NCBI GenBank assembly: GCA_963792585.1
Contig: CAWBWI010000001.1
Coordinates: 1,504,001 to 1,568,000, forward strand
Length of the DNA: 64,000 bases
DNA from: Candidatus Eiseniibacteriota bacterium
GTDB lineage: Bacteria; Eisenbacteria; RBG-16-71-46; CAIMUX01; VGJL01
Direction: 5' to 3'
In this document: in pieces, positions 29,426-40,986 of the stretch
Position numbering within the stretch: position 1 is the stretch's first letter
Layout of the letters: each line of letters begins with the position of its first letter
Position numbers and translations under genes: made by a program
The notes under the pieces: generated by a model
The model's input: only the letters and a program-made list of their open reading frames with translations
Databases searched by the model: none
Told to the model about the DNA's origin: nothing

Positions 29426-30955
29426 CTACAGGATCGGAGCGGCGGCCCCTTCCGACTCCCGCGCGGGCCGGCGCGCCATTCCATCTTCTATGGTTCCGGC
29501 AAGCAGACGGATCCCCGCGCGGATCCGCTCTTCGTCTTCTCGGATGAAGCAGAGGCGGAGTCTGTCCCAACCTCCCCCGTTCGTGTGGAACGCCGTGCCG
29601 GCCGAGACCGCGACGCCGCGGCGTTGGGCCTCGCCGGCCAACTCGTCGGCGTCGAGCCCCTTGGGCAGACGAACCCAGAGACACATCCCGCCCGTCGGTC
29701 GGGTCCAGCCCACGCCGGAGGGCATGTGGGCATCGAGGGCGGAGAGCATGGCGGTCAGCCGCGACCCGTTGCGCTCGCGAATCCTCGCGAGGTGCGAATC
29801 TAGGAGCCCCCTTCTGCAGAACTCGTAAAGCGCCATCTGTGTCAAGAGACCACCAGAGAGATCCGCGCAGACCTTCATCTCGGAGAGGGGTCCGATCAGC
29901 GGCTCGGGCACGACGATCCATCCGACCCTCAGGCCCGGGAACAGGATCTTGCTGAAGGTTCCCAGAATGGCGACGTTCGGCGGAGACCCCTCCGCCAGTA
30001 GCGGCGGCGGAGCGTCTCCCCTGTAATCCAGATCGGCGTCGAAGTGATCTTCGACGATCGGCAGACCGCGCTCTGCGGCGAGGGCGAGCAGGCGTCCGCG
30101 TCGTTCGCGCGAGAGGGTGAGCCCCGTCGGGTTCTGGAAGACCGGCATCGTGTAGAGCATTCCGGCCCGCGTCTCATCGAGGATCCGGGTGAGCAGGTCG
30201 AGCCGAAGCCCATCCTCGTCCATCCCGACGGCCCGCACCGAGAGCCGTAGCGCGCGCGCCGTGCGAAGCGCGAGCTGGTAGGTCGGCTCCTCGAGCAGCA
30301 GTGTGCGTCCGGGCGGGGCGAGAAGCCTGAAGATCAGCTCGAGCCCCTGTTGCGACCCGTTGGTGAGTAGCACCTGGGCGGGATCGACGCGCACTCCCTG
30401 TCGCTGGAGCCGTGCCGCGAGGATCTCACGCAGCGGCGGGTATCCGTCGGGCGGGCCGTAGTCGAGGCACGCGTTTCCCTCGCGCCGGAAGATCTCGTCC
30501 AGGACTTCGCGGAATTCCTGCAGCGGGAATGCCGCCGGGTCGGCCGTCGGAGAGGTGAATCGAATCGTGTCGGCCGGGATCGAAGCGAGAACGCGCCCGT
30601 GTTCGGGACGAGGCAGATCTTCGAGCCTGGAAGACCAGAAGGAAGACTCCGTCGCGGGGGTTGCGGCCTCATCGCTCTCGCGAACCACCACGAACGTCCC
30701 CGATCCGACCCCGCTGCGAACCCAGCCGTCCTCCCGCAGGATTCGGTAGGCCTCGACGGCCGTGGCGCGGTTGACCCGAAGGGCGTCCGCCAGTTCCCGC
30801 GTGGCCGGCAACTTCGCGCCACCCGGGAATCGTCCCGTCTGGATGCACTCGCGGATCGCCGACGCCACCTGGGAGTAGAGAGGCGTCTGCGCGTGACGAT
30901 CCAAATGGATGCCATCCAATACGGAAATGGATGCGATCTGTCTCGTGCTCATCAT
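29426..30955 (-). CDS. MocR/GabR-family PLP-binding regulator (PdxR-like)
   Basis: GntR wHTH (KLPATRELA) plus class I aminotransferase domain with TFSK; directly upstream of pdxST. Start uncertain. Confidence 0.9.
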   Translation of the reverse strand: MMSTRQIASISVLDGIHLDRHAQTPLYSQVASAIRECIQTGRFPGGAKLPATRELADALRVNRATAVEAYRILREDGWVRSGVGSGTFVVVRESDEAATPATESSFWSSRLEDLPRPEHGRVLASIPADTIRFTSPTADPAAFPLQEFREVLDEIFRREGNACLDYGPPDGYPPLREILAARLQRQGVRVDPAQVLLTNGSQQGLELIFRLLAPPGRTLLLEEPTYQLALRTARALRLSVRAVGMDEDGLRLDLLTRILDETRAGMLYTMPVFQNPTGLTLSRERRGRLLALAAERGLPIVEDHFDADLDYRGDAPPPLLAEGSPPNVAILGTFSKILFPGLRVGWIVVPEPLIGPLSEMKVCADLSGGLLTQMALYEFCRRGLLDSHLARIRERNGSRLTAMLSALDAHMPSGVGWTRPTGGMCLWVRLPKGLDADELAGEAQRRGVAVSAGTAFHTNGGGWDRLRLCFIREDEERIRAGIRLLAGTIEDGMARRPARESEGAAAPIL

Positions 30956-31086
30956 GGGTATGTTCGCGCAGCTAGACTTAAATCTCAAACCAATTTTGCG
31001 GTTACCGCATATTGGACCGATCCATTAGGCGGATCCTAGCCGAACTCGGGTTGCATCCTTGGGGGCGCACGCTTACTTTAGAACTC

Positions 31087-31989
31087 GTGAGTCCTGGCGC
31101 ATCGAGTTTCGAGGTTTCCGCCGATCAGCATCGTCTTCGGCTCGACCGGTTCCTGCTTCGGGTCATTCCCGGCATGAGCCGCCGGGCGGTCGATCGGATG
31201 CTACGGTCCGCGCGGGTTCGGGTGGACGGACATCCTCGGGATGCGCACTACTTCGTCAAGCGCGGCGATCGGATCGAGGTGCTGGAAGCCGTTCTCATGA
31301 CGGAGGAGGAACCTCGAGAGATCCTGCGGACCGCCCACATGATCGCGGTCGGCAAGCCCCCCGGGATCTCGACGAATCCCTCCCCCGGATCGTCGCGCAG
31401 CGTCCTCGCCTGGCTCGAGGCTCGCGTCGAAGGAGCCTCGCCCGGAGTCGTCCATCGTCTGGATCGCGACACCTCCGGCCTGGTCCTCTTCTCCCTGTCG
31501 CCGGAGGGGCACCGCCTGCTCGAGACAGCCTTCATGGAGCATTCGATCGGCAAGAGCTACCTCGCCCTCGTCCCCGGCAGGATCCGGCCCCACCGGGGAA
31601 CGATCGACAGGCCCCTCACGCGCGAAGCGTCCGGGAGAATGCGCACCGACCCGCGTGGCCGGCCCTCACGCACAGCCTATGAAACGCTCTTCGGTTCGCC
31701 GACGTGCAGTCTGCTCGAGGTGCGGCCGCAATCGGGGCGCACCCATCAGATCCGCGTCCACCTTGCGTCGGTCGGCCATCCGATCGCGGGAGATCCGCTG
31801 TACGGCGATCCCAGACACACTCTGGGCGCGCCCAGACTCTGGCTGCACGCGTCTTCGCTGGAGATGCGGATCGATCTCGCCAATCTCCTCGCCTGTCCGG
31901 AGCGAATGGAATCTCCGCTCTGGGAGGACCTGCAGACGCATCTATCCGCGTTTGGGTTTCCAGCCGGGATCGGCGGGCAACGGGCCTGA
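31087..31989 (+). CDS. RluA-family pseudouridine synthase with S4 domain
   Basis: RLDRFL S4, KPPG, HRLDRDTSG, GRTHQIRVH, GDPLYG, LHA; start uncertain. Confidence 0.92.
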   Translation: MSPGASSFEVSADQHRLRLDRFLLRVIPGMSRRAVDRMLRSARVRVDGHPRDAHYFVKRGDRIEVLEAVLMTEEEPREILRTAHMIAVGKPPGISTNPSPGSSRSVLAWLEARVEGASPGVVHRLDRDTSGLVLFSLSPEGHRLLETAFMEHSIGKSYLALVPGRIRPHRGTIDRPLTREASGRMRTDPRGRPSRTAYETLFGSPTCSLLEVRPQSGRTHQIRVHLASVGHPIAGDPLYGDPRHTLGAPRLWLHASSLEMRIDLANLLACPERMESPLWEDLQTHLSAFGFPAGIGGQRA

Positions 31990-32072
31990 CCGGAGACTCC
32001 GAGGAGATGCTCGGGGCGACCTCGGAGATCGCCGTCGCAATGCCGCGTCGAGAACTCTCGAAGAGGGCCGGC

Positions 32073-33347
32073 TCAGCCGTTCAGGAACTGCACTCGGAAT
32101 CCGCCCTGTCGCAGACGGTCGATTTCTGCGCGCGGCAGGGCATATTCCGCGTAGACCGTCGCATCGGCGAACGACTCGCTCAGGGTGCACCCCCGGCGCG
32201 CGATTTCCCGCGCCTCGGCCAACCGCTCGGTTGGGAAGTTGACCCGCACCCGGATTTGCGATGTGGCCAGCTCTCGCGCCAGTCGCTCCCGGAATCGCTC
32301 CACGTCGCCGTCGACGACGGCCGAGAGAATCTCCGCGTCGGGATGGCGGAGCTTCAGCGCATACCCGGTCACCTCGTCCTGGAACAGGTCGGCTTTGTTG
32401 AGGATCACCAGGCGGGCGATCTCTCCGGGGAGAATCTCTCCGAGCACCTCTTCGACCGTCCGCATCTGCTCTTCATGGGCAGGGTGGCTTGCGTCGACGA
32501 CATGGATGATAAGGTCCGCCTCGCGCACCTCGAGCAGGGTCGCCCGAAAGGAGGCAACCAGGTGGTGCGGGAGTTTGCGGATGAATCCGACCGTATCGGA
32601 GAGCAGCATCTGCTGGTTGCCGGGGAGCACGATCTGCCGCGTGGTCGTGTCCAGGGTGGCGAAGAGCTTGTCCTCGGCCAGCACCCCCGCCCGCGTGAGC
32701 GCGTTGAACCAGGTCGACTTCCCGGCGTTCGTGTAGCCCACCAGCGCCGCGCGGAAGAAGGGGGTGCGGCGCTTCCGCTGCGTCTCGCGTTCCCGTTCGA
32801 CTCCCTCGAGCTTCTCCTTGAGCATCGTGATTCGGTGGTGCACGCGCCGGCGGTCGACCTCGAGCTGCGTTTCTCCGGGTCCCCGCGTTCCGATCCCTCC
32901 GCCCAACCGTCCGAAGTGCTCCCACATCCTGGTCAGCCTGGGAAGGATGTACTCCAGTTGCGCCAGCTCCACCTGGAGCATCGCCTCGCGGGTGCGCGCA
33001 CGACGGGCGAAGATGTCGAGGATCAACTCGGTGCGGTCGACGACGCGCACCTTCAGGTCCTTCTCAAGATTGCGGGCCTGCGCGGGGCTGAGATCCTGGT
33101 CGAAGATCAGGAGCTCGGCCTCGTGCTGCAACAACAGGTCGCGAACCTGCTCGCGCTTGCCCTTGCTCAGGAAAGACGATGAATCGATGGAGGCGCGGCG
33201 CTGCACCGCGCTTCCGGCGACGACTGCACCCGCCGTGTCCGCCAGGAGAGTCAACTCGGCGAGGGAGTCCTCGCTACCGCTCGTGTCGAGACCGACGAGA
33301 ATCGCCTTCTCGACCTTGACTGCAGTGCTCTGTGGAATCTTGGGGAT
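32073..33347 (-). CDS. hflX: GTPase HflX (probable non-canonical ATC start)
   Basis: LILDIFA.RA, GPGETQLE.DRR, GYTNAGKS, LFATLDTT, DTVGF, NKAD. Confidence 0.95.
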   Translation of the reverse strand: MPKIPQSTAVKVEKAILVGLDTSGSEDSLAELTLLADTAGAVVAGSAVQRRASIDSSSFLSKGKREQVRDLLLQHEAELLIFDQDLSPAQARNLEKDLKVRVVDRTELILDIFARRARTREAMLQVELAQLEYILPRLTRMWEHFGRLGGGIGTRGPGETQLEVDRRRVHHRITMLKEKLEGVERERETQRKRRTPFFRAALVGYTNAGKSTWFNALTRAGVLAEDKLFATLDTTTRQIVLPGNQQMLLSDTVGFIRKLPHHLVASFRATLLEVREADLIIHVVDASHPAHEEQMRTVEEVLGEILPGEIARLVILNKADLFQDEVTGYALKLRHPDAEILSAVVDGDVERFRERLARELATSQIRVRVNFPTERLAEAREIARRGCTLSESFADATVYAEYALPRAEIDRLRQGGFRVQFLNG

Positions 33348-33413
33348 CTTCTTCTCTCCTTCCGTTCGGAGGCGGCCTCGCCCGAAGTCTAGCATCCGAT
33401 CCGATGGGCGGCG

Positions 33414-33452
33414 CAAAGGAAACGGACCGGACGGAGGCGCCGCCCGGTCCGC
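33414..33452 (-). terminator. Rho-independent terminator after groEL
   Basis: CGGACCGGGCGG / CCGTCCGGTCCG stem followed by TTTCCTTT on the minus strand. Confidence 0.7.
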
Positions 33453-33477
33453 TTCGCGGAGATTTACCGGCTACGGA

Positions 33478-35117
<1,640 letters not shown>

Positions 35118-35172
35118 TCAGAGCCTCCCTTCGGGCATATCACATTGACAGGGACACGCGCATGGGCGGCCC

Positions 35173-35469
35173 TTAGTTCTGGATGATCCCGAGGACATCG
35201 TCCTCACGAAGGATCAGATAGTCCTTGCCGTCGATCTTGACCTCGGTGCCGGCGTACTTGCTCATCAGGATCCGGTCGCCGGTCTTGACCTCGAGCTTCT
35301 GGATCTTGCCGTCATCGAGGGTACGGCCGGGCCCGCAAGCGATCACCTCGCCCTGCATGGGCTTCTCCTTCGCCGTGTCAGGGATGATGATGCCGCCGCG
35401 GGTTTCCTCGGCTTCCTCCATCCTCTTGACGAGGAGCCGGTCGCCCAGGGGGCGAATCTTCGTCGTCAT
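35173..35469 (-). CDS. groS: Co-chaperonin GroES
   Basis: [38 protein letters not shown]. Confidence 0.97.
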   Translation of the reverse strand: MTTKIRPLGDRLLVKRMEEAEETRGGIIIPDTAKEKPMQGEVIACGPGRTLDDGKIQKLEVKTGDRILMSKYAGTEVKIDGKDYLILREDDVLGIIQN

Positions 35470-35808
35470 CGAAGCCTCCTTCTTCCATGGACGGGACGTG
35501 CGTCCCACTGCTTTGAACCTTTGGATTGATTCCTGGGCACCTGCCGCATGTCAGGGCTGCACCCAATAGAAGTCAGTGGGGATAATTACCAGACTCGTGC
35601 CCGCGCGCCACGCAAGATGGAACTCATTTACCTACAAGCAGTTAGGCGCTGCGCGTCGATCTGGAGCGCCCACCAAACGCGCATGAAGGCCGACTCTGTG
35701 TCAAAGCGGCGCATCCACCCGGACCCCCGCAATCGTTCGTCAACCCTTTGTGAGACAAGGAACTAGGATTGCCGAGCTGATCGCGGGACCGTTCCAAGTT
35801 GAAACTCG

Positions 35809-35912
35809 ATGCCAATTTGGCATAAGTGTAGACGACCCAAAGCCCTGCGAGACACCGTTTCGAACGCTAACTGACTGCAATGTATAGAGTACTGATGTGC
35901 CAAAATGGCACA
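35809..35912. promoter_or_regulatory. Two related palindromes RTGCCA-N3-TGGCAY
   Basis: ATGCCAATTTGGCAT (35809-35823) and TGTGCCAAAATGGCACA (35896-35912) in an AT-richer intergenic region. Confidence 0.45.
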
Positions 35913-35962
35913 ACCTGGCATCGCCCGACCCGGCTCAACGCCGGGGCAGGCTCCGCGGGACC

Positions 35963-37342
35963 TCATGTCCCCCGCCGATAGCCTACAAGCCGCCTCTGCA
36001 GGGTACGGAGACCGATACCGAGGACTCGTGCGGCGGCCTTCCGATCGCCGCCGGTTCGCGCAAGAGTGGCCTCGATCACGCGCCGCTCGATTTCCGCCAT
36101 CGAGAGGCCCGCGGGGAGGCGGATTTCCTCTCCTTCAACCGACCCACTCCCCTCGCGGATCTCCTCGGGGAGGTCCCCGACGTCGAGCGGCCCGTCCCCC
36201 ACGCTGGTGAGCACCATGGCGCGCACGACGCTCTTCAGTTCGCGCACGTTCCCCGGCCACGGATAGCGGACCAGACGATCCATCGCGGCCGGTTTGATGC
36301 CGGCGATCGGTCTGCCCGTTTCCTCGCGCGCCTCCCCCAGCAGATGGTCGACGAGCAGAGGGATGTCCCGTTTCCGGTGGCGGAGGGCGGGCATCACGAT
36401 CGTCGCGGTGCGGAGTGTGTCGTAGAGATCGGCCCGAATCCGCCCCTCGTCCACGCGCTCACGTAGAGCCAGAGAGCCGATCGCAACGAGGCGCGTGTCG
36501 GCGCGCAGGGTCTTCGTTCCGCCCACCCGCTCGTACTCGTGATCGCGCAAGAGGCGAAGCAGGCGCGCCTGCACGTTCATCGGCAGGTCGTCGACGCCGT
36601 CGAGGACGAGCGTCCCCCCTTCGGCCAGTTCGATTCGACCCGCGCGCGGTTTCGTGGAAGCCTGCTCGGCGCCGCACAGGTCCGCCTCGAGGAATCCCGG
36701 CTCGAGCCCCTCGCAGTCGAGCCGCACGAGGGGGCCCGTGCGCCGCGCGCTGTTGTGATGGATCGCCGCGGCCACGAGTTCCCGCCCGGTGCCCGACTCC
36801 CCCGTCACCAGGACCGGCATATCCGTACCGCACACCTGCAGGATCCGATTGTAGACGCGAACGATGGGGGCCGAGTTGCCGACCAGGTTTCGAAATCCGA
36901 ACTTCCGGTCGAGCCGGCGAGCCATCTGGTGCATCTCTCCCACGAGCCGCTGCACGTTGAGCCCGCGACGGATGACGGCGAGAAGCTTCTCGAGATTCAG
37001 CGGCCGCGTCTGGAAATCGTGCGCGCCCTCGTCGAGAGCACGGGTGGCCAGGTCGAGATCCGCAGGAGACGCCAGCAGGATCGCGCAGACGTCGGGATTG
37101 CGCATGCGGGCCACGCGGAGAAGGCGCATGCCGCCGATCCGAGCATCACGCGTCTCGGTGATCAGGGCATCGACCTGCTCGGCGTCGAGGATATTGTAGC
37201 CGGCGGCTTCATCGCCGACGCGGACCACCTCCATCCCGTTCTGTTCGAGGAAGAGGGCGATCCGGCGCGCTTCGGTCGGCTCCCGAAGGACGATGAGTAC
37301 GCGCGGCGCATTGGCGCCGGGAAGTGTCGCCGGTTGCTCCAT
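35963..37342 (-). CDS. Degenerate NtrC-family sigma54 activator (REC-AAA-HTH, no GAFTGA)
   Basis: GESGTGRE (K to R), CGAEQAST in place of GAFTGA, LDGV Walker B, WPGNVREL and HTH retained. Confidence 0.85.
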   Translation of the reverse strand: MEQPATLPGANAPRVLIVLREPTEARRIALFLEQNGMEVVRVGDEAAGYNILDAEQVDALITETRDARIGGMRLLRVARMRNPDVCAILLASPADLDLATRALDEGAHDFQTRPLNLEKLLAVIRRGLNVQRLVGEMHQMARRLDRKFGFRNLVGNSAPIVRVYNRILQVCGTDMPVLVTGESGTGRELVAAAIHHNSARRTGPLVRLDCEGLEPGFLEADLCGAEQASTKPRAGRIELAEGGTLVLDGVDDLPMNVQARLLRLLRDHEYERVGGTKTLRADTRLVAIGSLALRERVDEGRIRADLYDTLRTATIVMPALRHRKRDIPLLVDHLLGEAREETGRPIAGIKPAAMDRLVRYPWPGNVRELKSVVRAMVLTSVGDGPLDVGDLPEEIREGSGSVEGEEIRLPAGLSMAEIERRVIEATLARTGGDRKAAARVLGIGLRTLQRRLVGYRRGT

Positions 37343-37372
37343 CCATCCGCTCCGGGACCCACTCTAGGAAGC

Positions 37373-37388
37373 TGGCACGTCCCTTGCA
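37373..37388 (+). promoter_or_regulatory. sigma54 promoter, divergent from the degenerate activator
   Basis: TGGCACGTCCCTTGCA, consensus match. Confidence 0.75.
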
Positions 37389-37621
37389 ACTTCCCGCGGC
37401 CAACAGGCGCCCCGGCGGCAGCGCCGGGGGAACCCCGCCCGCGAATTGACGCCTAAGCCTTGGGGAATCCGCGATTCCAAGGCGCGCGCCGCCGCCCGAG
37501 GGCGACGCGGGGTCGAGACTGACCGGGCGCCCTCCAGGATCGACATTGCAGGACGCCAAAGCGACTCTCATTCTTCACGATCTTCCGGACCCCGCGGGAG
37601 TTCGTCCTGGAGGACCGCATC

Positions 37622-38137
37622 ATGCAAACGGAGAGCCGACTGGCCGGGTCGCGATTCCTCGAGAACCTGGCGTACATCGTGCCGGGCTATCAGGGGTACA
37701 AGGATCCCGCCAACAGGCGGGAAGAGGACTCGCGCCTGCGCGCTCGCGTCCTCCAGAGACTCGCCGCGGTCCATGCGAGTCTCAGCGCCCTGATCTCCGC
37801 CGCGGTCGGGCTCGACGCGGCTCCGAATCTCACGGAACCCTTCGCTGAGCGAATCCACCGGCTCGATGGAATCGCGGAGGCCGTTCGCTATGCTCCCTAC
37901 GGCTTCAGCGGCTTCTTCGACGCACTCGACGTTCGCGAGGATTCCCTGGAGCGGATCCTGGAGGCGGATCTCCTTCTGTTCCAGGATCTGGATGCCCTCG
38001 AAGAAGTCGCCGACAGGCCGAGCCTGCCGGTCCGGTCCGGGGCGCGACGAACCGCCTTCCTCCGACAGCTCGACGAGGCGACCGATGCCCTCGAGCGACA
38101 TCTGATTCTGCGCGACAAGATCCTCGGGGATTGCTAG
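37622..38137 (+). CDS. Hypothetical helical protein
   Basis: GGAGGA RBS; PGYQGYK..RR and YAPYGFSGFFDA segments look like family motifs. Confidence 0.7.
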   Translation: MQTESRLAGSRFLENLAYIVPGYQGYKDPANRREEDSRLRARVLQRLAAVHASLSALISAAVGLDAAPNLTEPFAERIHRLDGIAEAVRYAPYGFSGFFDALDVREDSLERILEADLLLFQDLDALEEVADRPSLPVRSGARRTAFLRQLDEATDALERHLILRDKILGDC

Positions 38138-38195
38138 CGCGGATTCCGTTATCATGGTTTGTCACCTTCGGTCCCCCAACTCGAGGGATGCAGCC

Positions 38196-39767
38196 ATGAG
38201 ACGATCCTCATTCCTACGCTTCGCGATCCTGCTCCTGTGTCATGCCGGCGCCGCCGGGGCGTGGACGAACGTCCAGGTCAACACGCGCGCCAACAACCCG
38301 GAGGAGACGTCGATCGCGATCAATCCGGTCGACCCCTCCAACGTGATCGGCGTCGCCCAGAATGCGGATTGCTGCTACTACGCAACGACCGACGGCGGCG
38401 GGACGTGGTCGGACGGCAGCCTCTTAGACCCCTTCTGCCTGGGGGATCCTTCGATCACATTCGACCGGCGCGGCTATGCCTACTACTGCTACATCGGCGA
38501 CTGGAACCACTCCGGGATCTTCATCAACCGGTCCACGGATGGTGGCCGCACGTGGATGCCGGCGGGTGTTGCGGTCATCGAGCACGAAGGACGCGTCCCG
38601 TTCGAGGACAAATCATACCCGGTCGCCGACTGGACCGAATCGCCGCACCGCAACAATCTGTACGTGGGCTGGACCCAGTTCGATCACTACGGCAGCGACG
38701 CTCCCACCGACAGCAGCCGGATCCTGTTCGCCCGTTCGATCGACGCGGGGCTGAGCTTCTCGGTTCCGATCAAGATCAGCGATCGAGGCGGGAACGCGAT
38801 CGACTCCGATGAGACGGTCGAGGGAGCGGTGCCGGCCGTCGGCCCCGACGGCGAGGTCTACATCGCGTGGTCCGGCCCGCGGGGGATCGAGTTCGACAGG
38901 TCCCTGGATGGGGGCCTCACGTTCGGGCGCGATATCTTCGTCACCTCGCAGCCCGGCGGATGGGACTTCGCGGTGCCCGGTTTCTACAGGGCCAACGGCC
39001 TGCCGGTCACGAAGGCCGACATCAGCGGCGGCCCGCATCGTGGTCGCGTCTACGTCAACTGGTCCGACCAGCGGACCGGCGACACCGACGTCTATGTCAT
39101 CTGGTCGGACGATCGCGGCGACTCGTGGGGACCGGTCGTGCGCGTGAACGACGATCTGCTCGGCAACGGACGGGACCAGTTCTTCACATGGATGGACGTC
39201 GACCCGATCACTGGGTTCATCTACGTCGTCTTCTACGATCGCCGGGAGCACGCCGAGAACCGAATCACCGACGTCTACCTCGCCTCCTCGACCGACGGCG
39301 GCGCCCACTTCCTCAACCAGAAGATCAGCACCGCCCCGTTCACTCCGAACCCGAACGTCTTCTTCGGCGACTACACGGGCATCACGGCGTTCGCGGGCCG
39401 GATCCGCCCGCTCTGGATGCGCATGGACTCTACCTGGGATCTTTCGGCGTGGACGGCGCTGATCGATCTGCCCAACGCCGATGTTCTCGAGCCGACGGTC
39501 GCCGCGCCCCAGCTCGTCGTCTATCCGAATCCCGTGCGGACCTGGGCGCAGATCGTCTGTGCGTCGAGCGTGGAGGGTCCGATCCGCCTCGATATCCACG
39601 ATCTCGGCGGACGCCTCGTGCGGCGGCTCGGCTCCGACTTTCCCGAGAAGGGCACGCGGGTGATCTGGTGGGACGGGCGCACCGAGGATCGCCGCGAGGC
39701 GGCCGCGGGGCTCTACTTCGTCTCGGGAGAGGGAATCGCGCCGGCGAGGATCGTGGTCATCCGCTAA
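38196..39767 (+). CDS. Secreted BNR/Asp-box (sialidase-like) protein with FlgD-Ig C-terminal domain
   Basis: Signal peptide; several S.DGG.TW/F repeats, FEDK, GDY; C-terminal YPNP..DLGGRLVR..WDGR..GLYF. Confidence 0.85.
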   Translation: MRRSSFLRFAILLLCHAGAAGAWTNVQVNTRANNPEETSIAINPVDPSNVIGVAQNADCCYYATTDGGGTWSDGSLLDPFCLGDPSITFDRRGYAYYCYIGDWNHSGIFINRSTDGGRTWMPAGVAVIEHEGRVPFEDKSYPVADWTESPHRNNLYVGWTQFDHYGSDAPTDSSRILFARSIDAGLSFSVPIKISDRGGNAIDSDETVEGAVPAVGPDGEVYIAWSGPRGIEFDRSLDGGLTFGRDIFVTSQPGGWDFAVPGFYRANGLPVTKADISGGPHRGRVYVNWSDQRTGDTDVYVIWSDDRGDSWGPVVRVNDDLLGNGRDQFFTWMDVDPITGFIYVVFYDRREHAENRITDVYLASSTDGGAHFLNQKISTAPFTPNPNVFFGDYTGITAFAGRIRPLWMRMDSTWDLSAWTALIDLPNADVLEPTVAAPQLVVYPNPVRTWAQIVCASSVEGPIRLDIHDLGGRLVRRLGSDFPEKGTRVIWWDGRTEDRREAAAGLYFVSGEGIAPARIVVIR

Positions 39768-40984
39768 GCGGGCGTCGAGCGCCGAGCCGCGTCACCACGA
39801 CCCGGAAGCCAGATCCGGAACGTCGTCCCCTTCCCGGGCAGGGAGGAGCAGGTCACCGTTCCGCCGTGCTCCTCGACGATCTGGCGGACGACCGCGAGGC
39901 CGAGTCCCGTACCGTCCTGCTTCGTCGTGAAGAACGGCTCGAAGATCCGCGGAAGGACGTCGGGCGGAATGCCGGGGCCATTGTCGTCCACCTCGATCCG
40001 CGCTCCGTTGCGTTCCCCGACGCTCACCACCATCACCTGACCCGATTGCGCGGGGACGACATCCATCGCGTTCCGGATCAGGTTCAAGATCACCTGGCGC
40101 AACAGCCGGCTGTCGCAGGCCACGAGGGGCCTGCGGTCGTCGAGGTTGAGCACGAGACGGATCCCGCTGCGCCTCAGCTCCGGCCGAAGGAAGTCGGCGA
40201 GTTCGAGCAGGACGACGTTGAGATCCTCCTCGCGGCCGGTCGGCTGGGGCATCCGGGAGAACTGGAGATACTCCTCGGTGATCTGCGTGAGCCGGCGCGT
40301 CTCCCTCTTGATCGTCTGGAGGATCTCGCGCGCCTCCCGCTCCTCGGGCGATTCGCCGGCGCCCAGGTTGTCGATCAGGAGATCGCAATTGAGATTGATC
40401 GAACCCAGGGGATTGCGGATCTCGTGGACGACCTTCGACGCGATCTTGCCCACTGCGGCCATCTTCTCGGCGTGAATCAACTCGCGCTCGAGTTCGTGCT
40501 GGCTCGAGATGTCACGGAGAATCTCGACGAACCCGGCCTCCCGTCCCTCCGGCACCCGGATCCGCGAACGGGTGATCGAGACCGCGATCTGCGTGCCGTC
40601 CTTTCGTCGCCGACTCGTCCGGAGATCTCGCACCGTCCCCACCTCCACGAAGTCCCGCGTCAGCGCCGGCTCGAGCTCGGCTCCTCCAGGAAGGAGGATC
40701 GAGTACGGCTTTCCGACCGCCTCGGAAGTCGCGTATCCAAACGTGTCGCTTGCCCCGCGGTTCCAGATCCGGATCTCCCCGTCCGGATCGAGGACGAGGA
40801 TCGCATCGGCCGCGTCCTCGAACGCCCCCTCGAGCATCCGCCGGGTTCGACTCAGCGCGTCGACGGCCTCGCGGGAGGACTGCCGCCGGGCGCGGCGCAG
40901 GACGGCATAGGCGATAGCGAGAAACGTCGCCCCAAGAACGAAGAGGACGACACCCCCGACATCCATCGCGCTGGATATGGGCAT
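39764..40984 (-). CDS. Membrane-anchored PAS sensor histidine kinase
   Basis: One TM helix, PAS, HEIRNPL, NLIRNA, DNGPG, FFTTK.DGTGLGL. Confidence 0.92.
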   Translation of the reverse strand: MPISSAMDVGGVVLFVLGATFLAIAYAVLRRARRQSSREAVDALSRTRRMLEGAFEDAADAILVLDPDGEIRIWNRGASDTFGYATSEAVGKPYSILLPGGAELEPALTRDFVEVGTVRDLRTSRRRKDGTQIAVSITRSRIRVPEGREAGFVEILRDISSQHELERELIHAEKMAAVGKIASKVVHEIRNPLGSINLNCDLLIDNLGAGESPEEREAREILQTIKRETRRLTQITEEYLQFSRMPQPTGREEDLNVVLLELADFLRPELRRSGIRLVLNLDDRRPLVACDSRLLRQVILNLIRNAMDVVPAQSGQVMVVSVGERNGARIEVDDNGPGIPPDVLPRIFEPFFTTKQDGTGLGLAVVRQIVEEHGGTVTCSSLPGKGTTFRIWLPGRGDAARRSTPA

Positions 40985-40986
40985 CG

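Noticed and set aside
35905..35920. sigma54 promoter TGGCACAACCTGGC
   Set aside because: GG-to-GC spacing is 9, not 10, and no downstream gene on that strand
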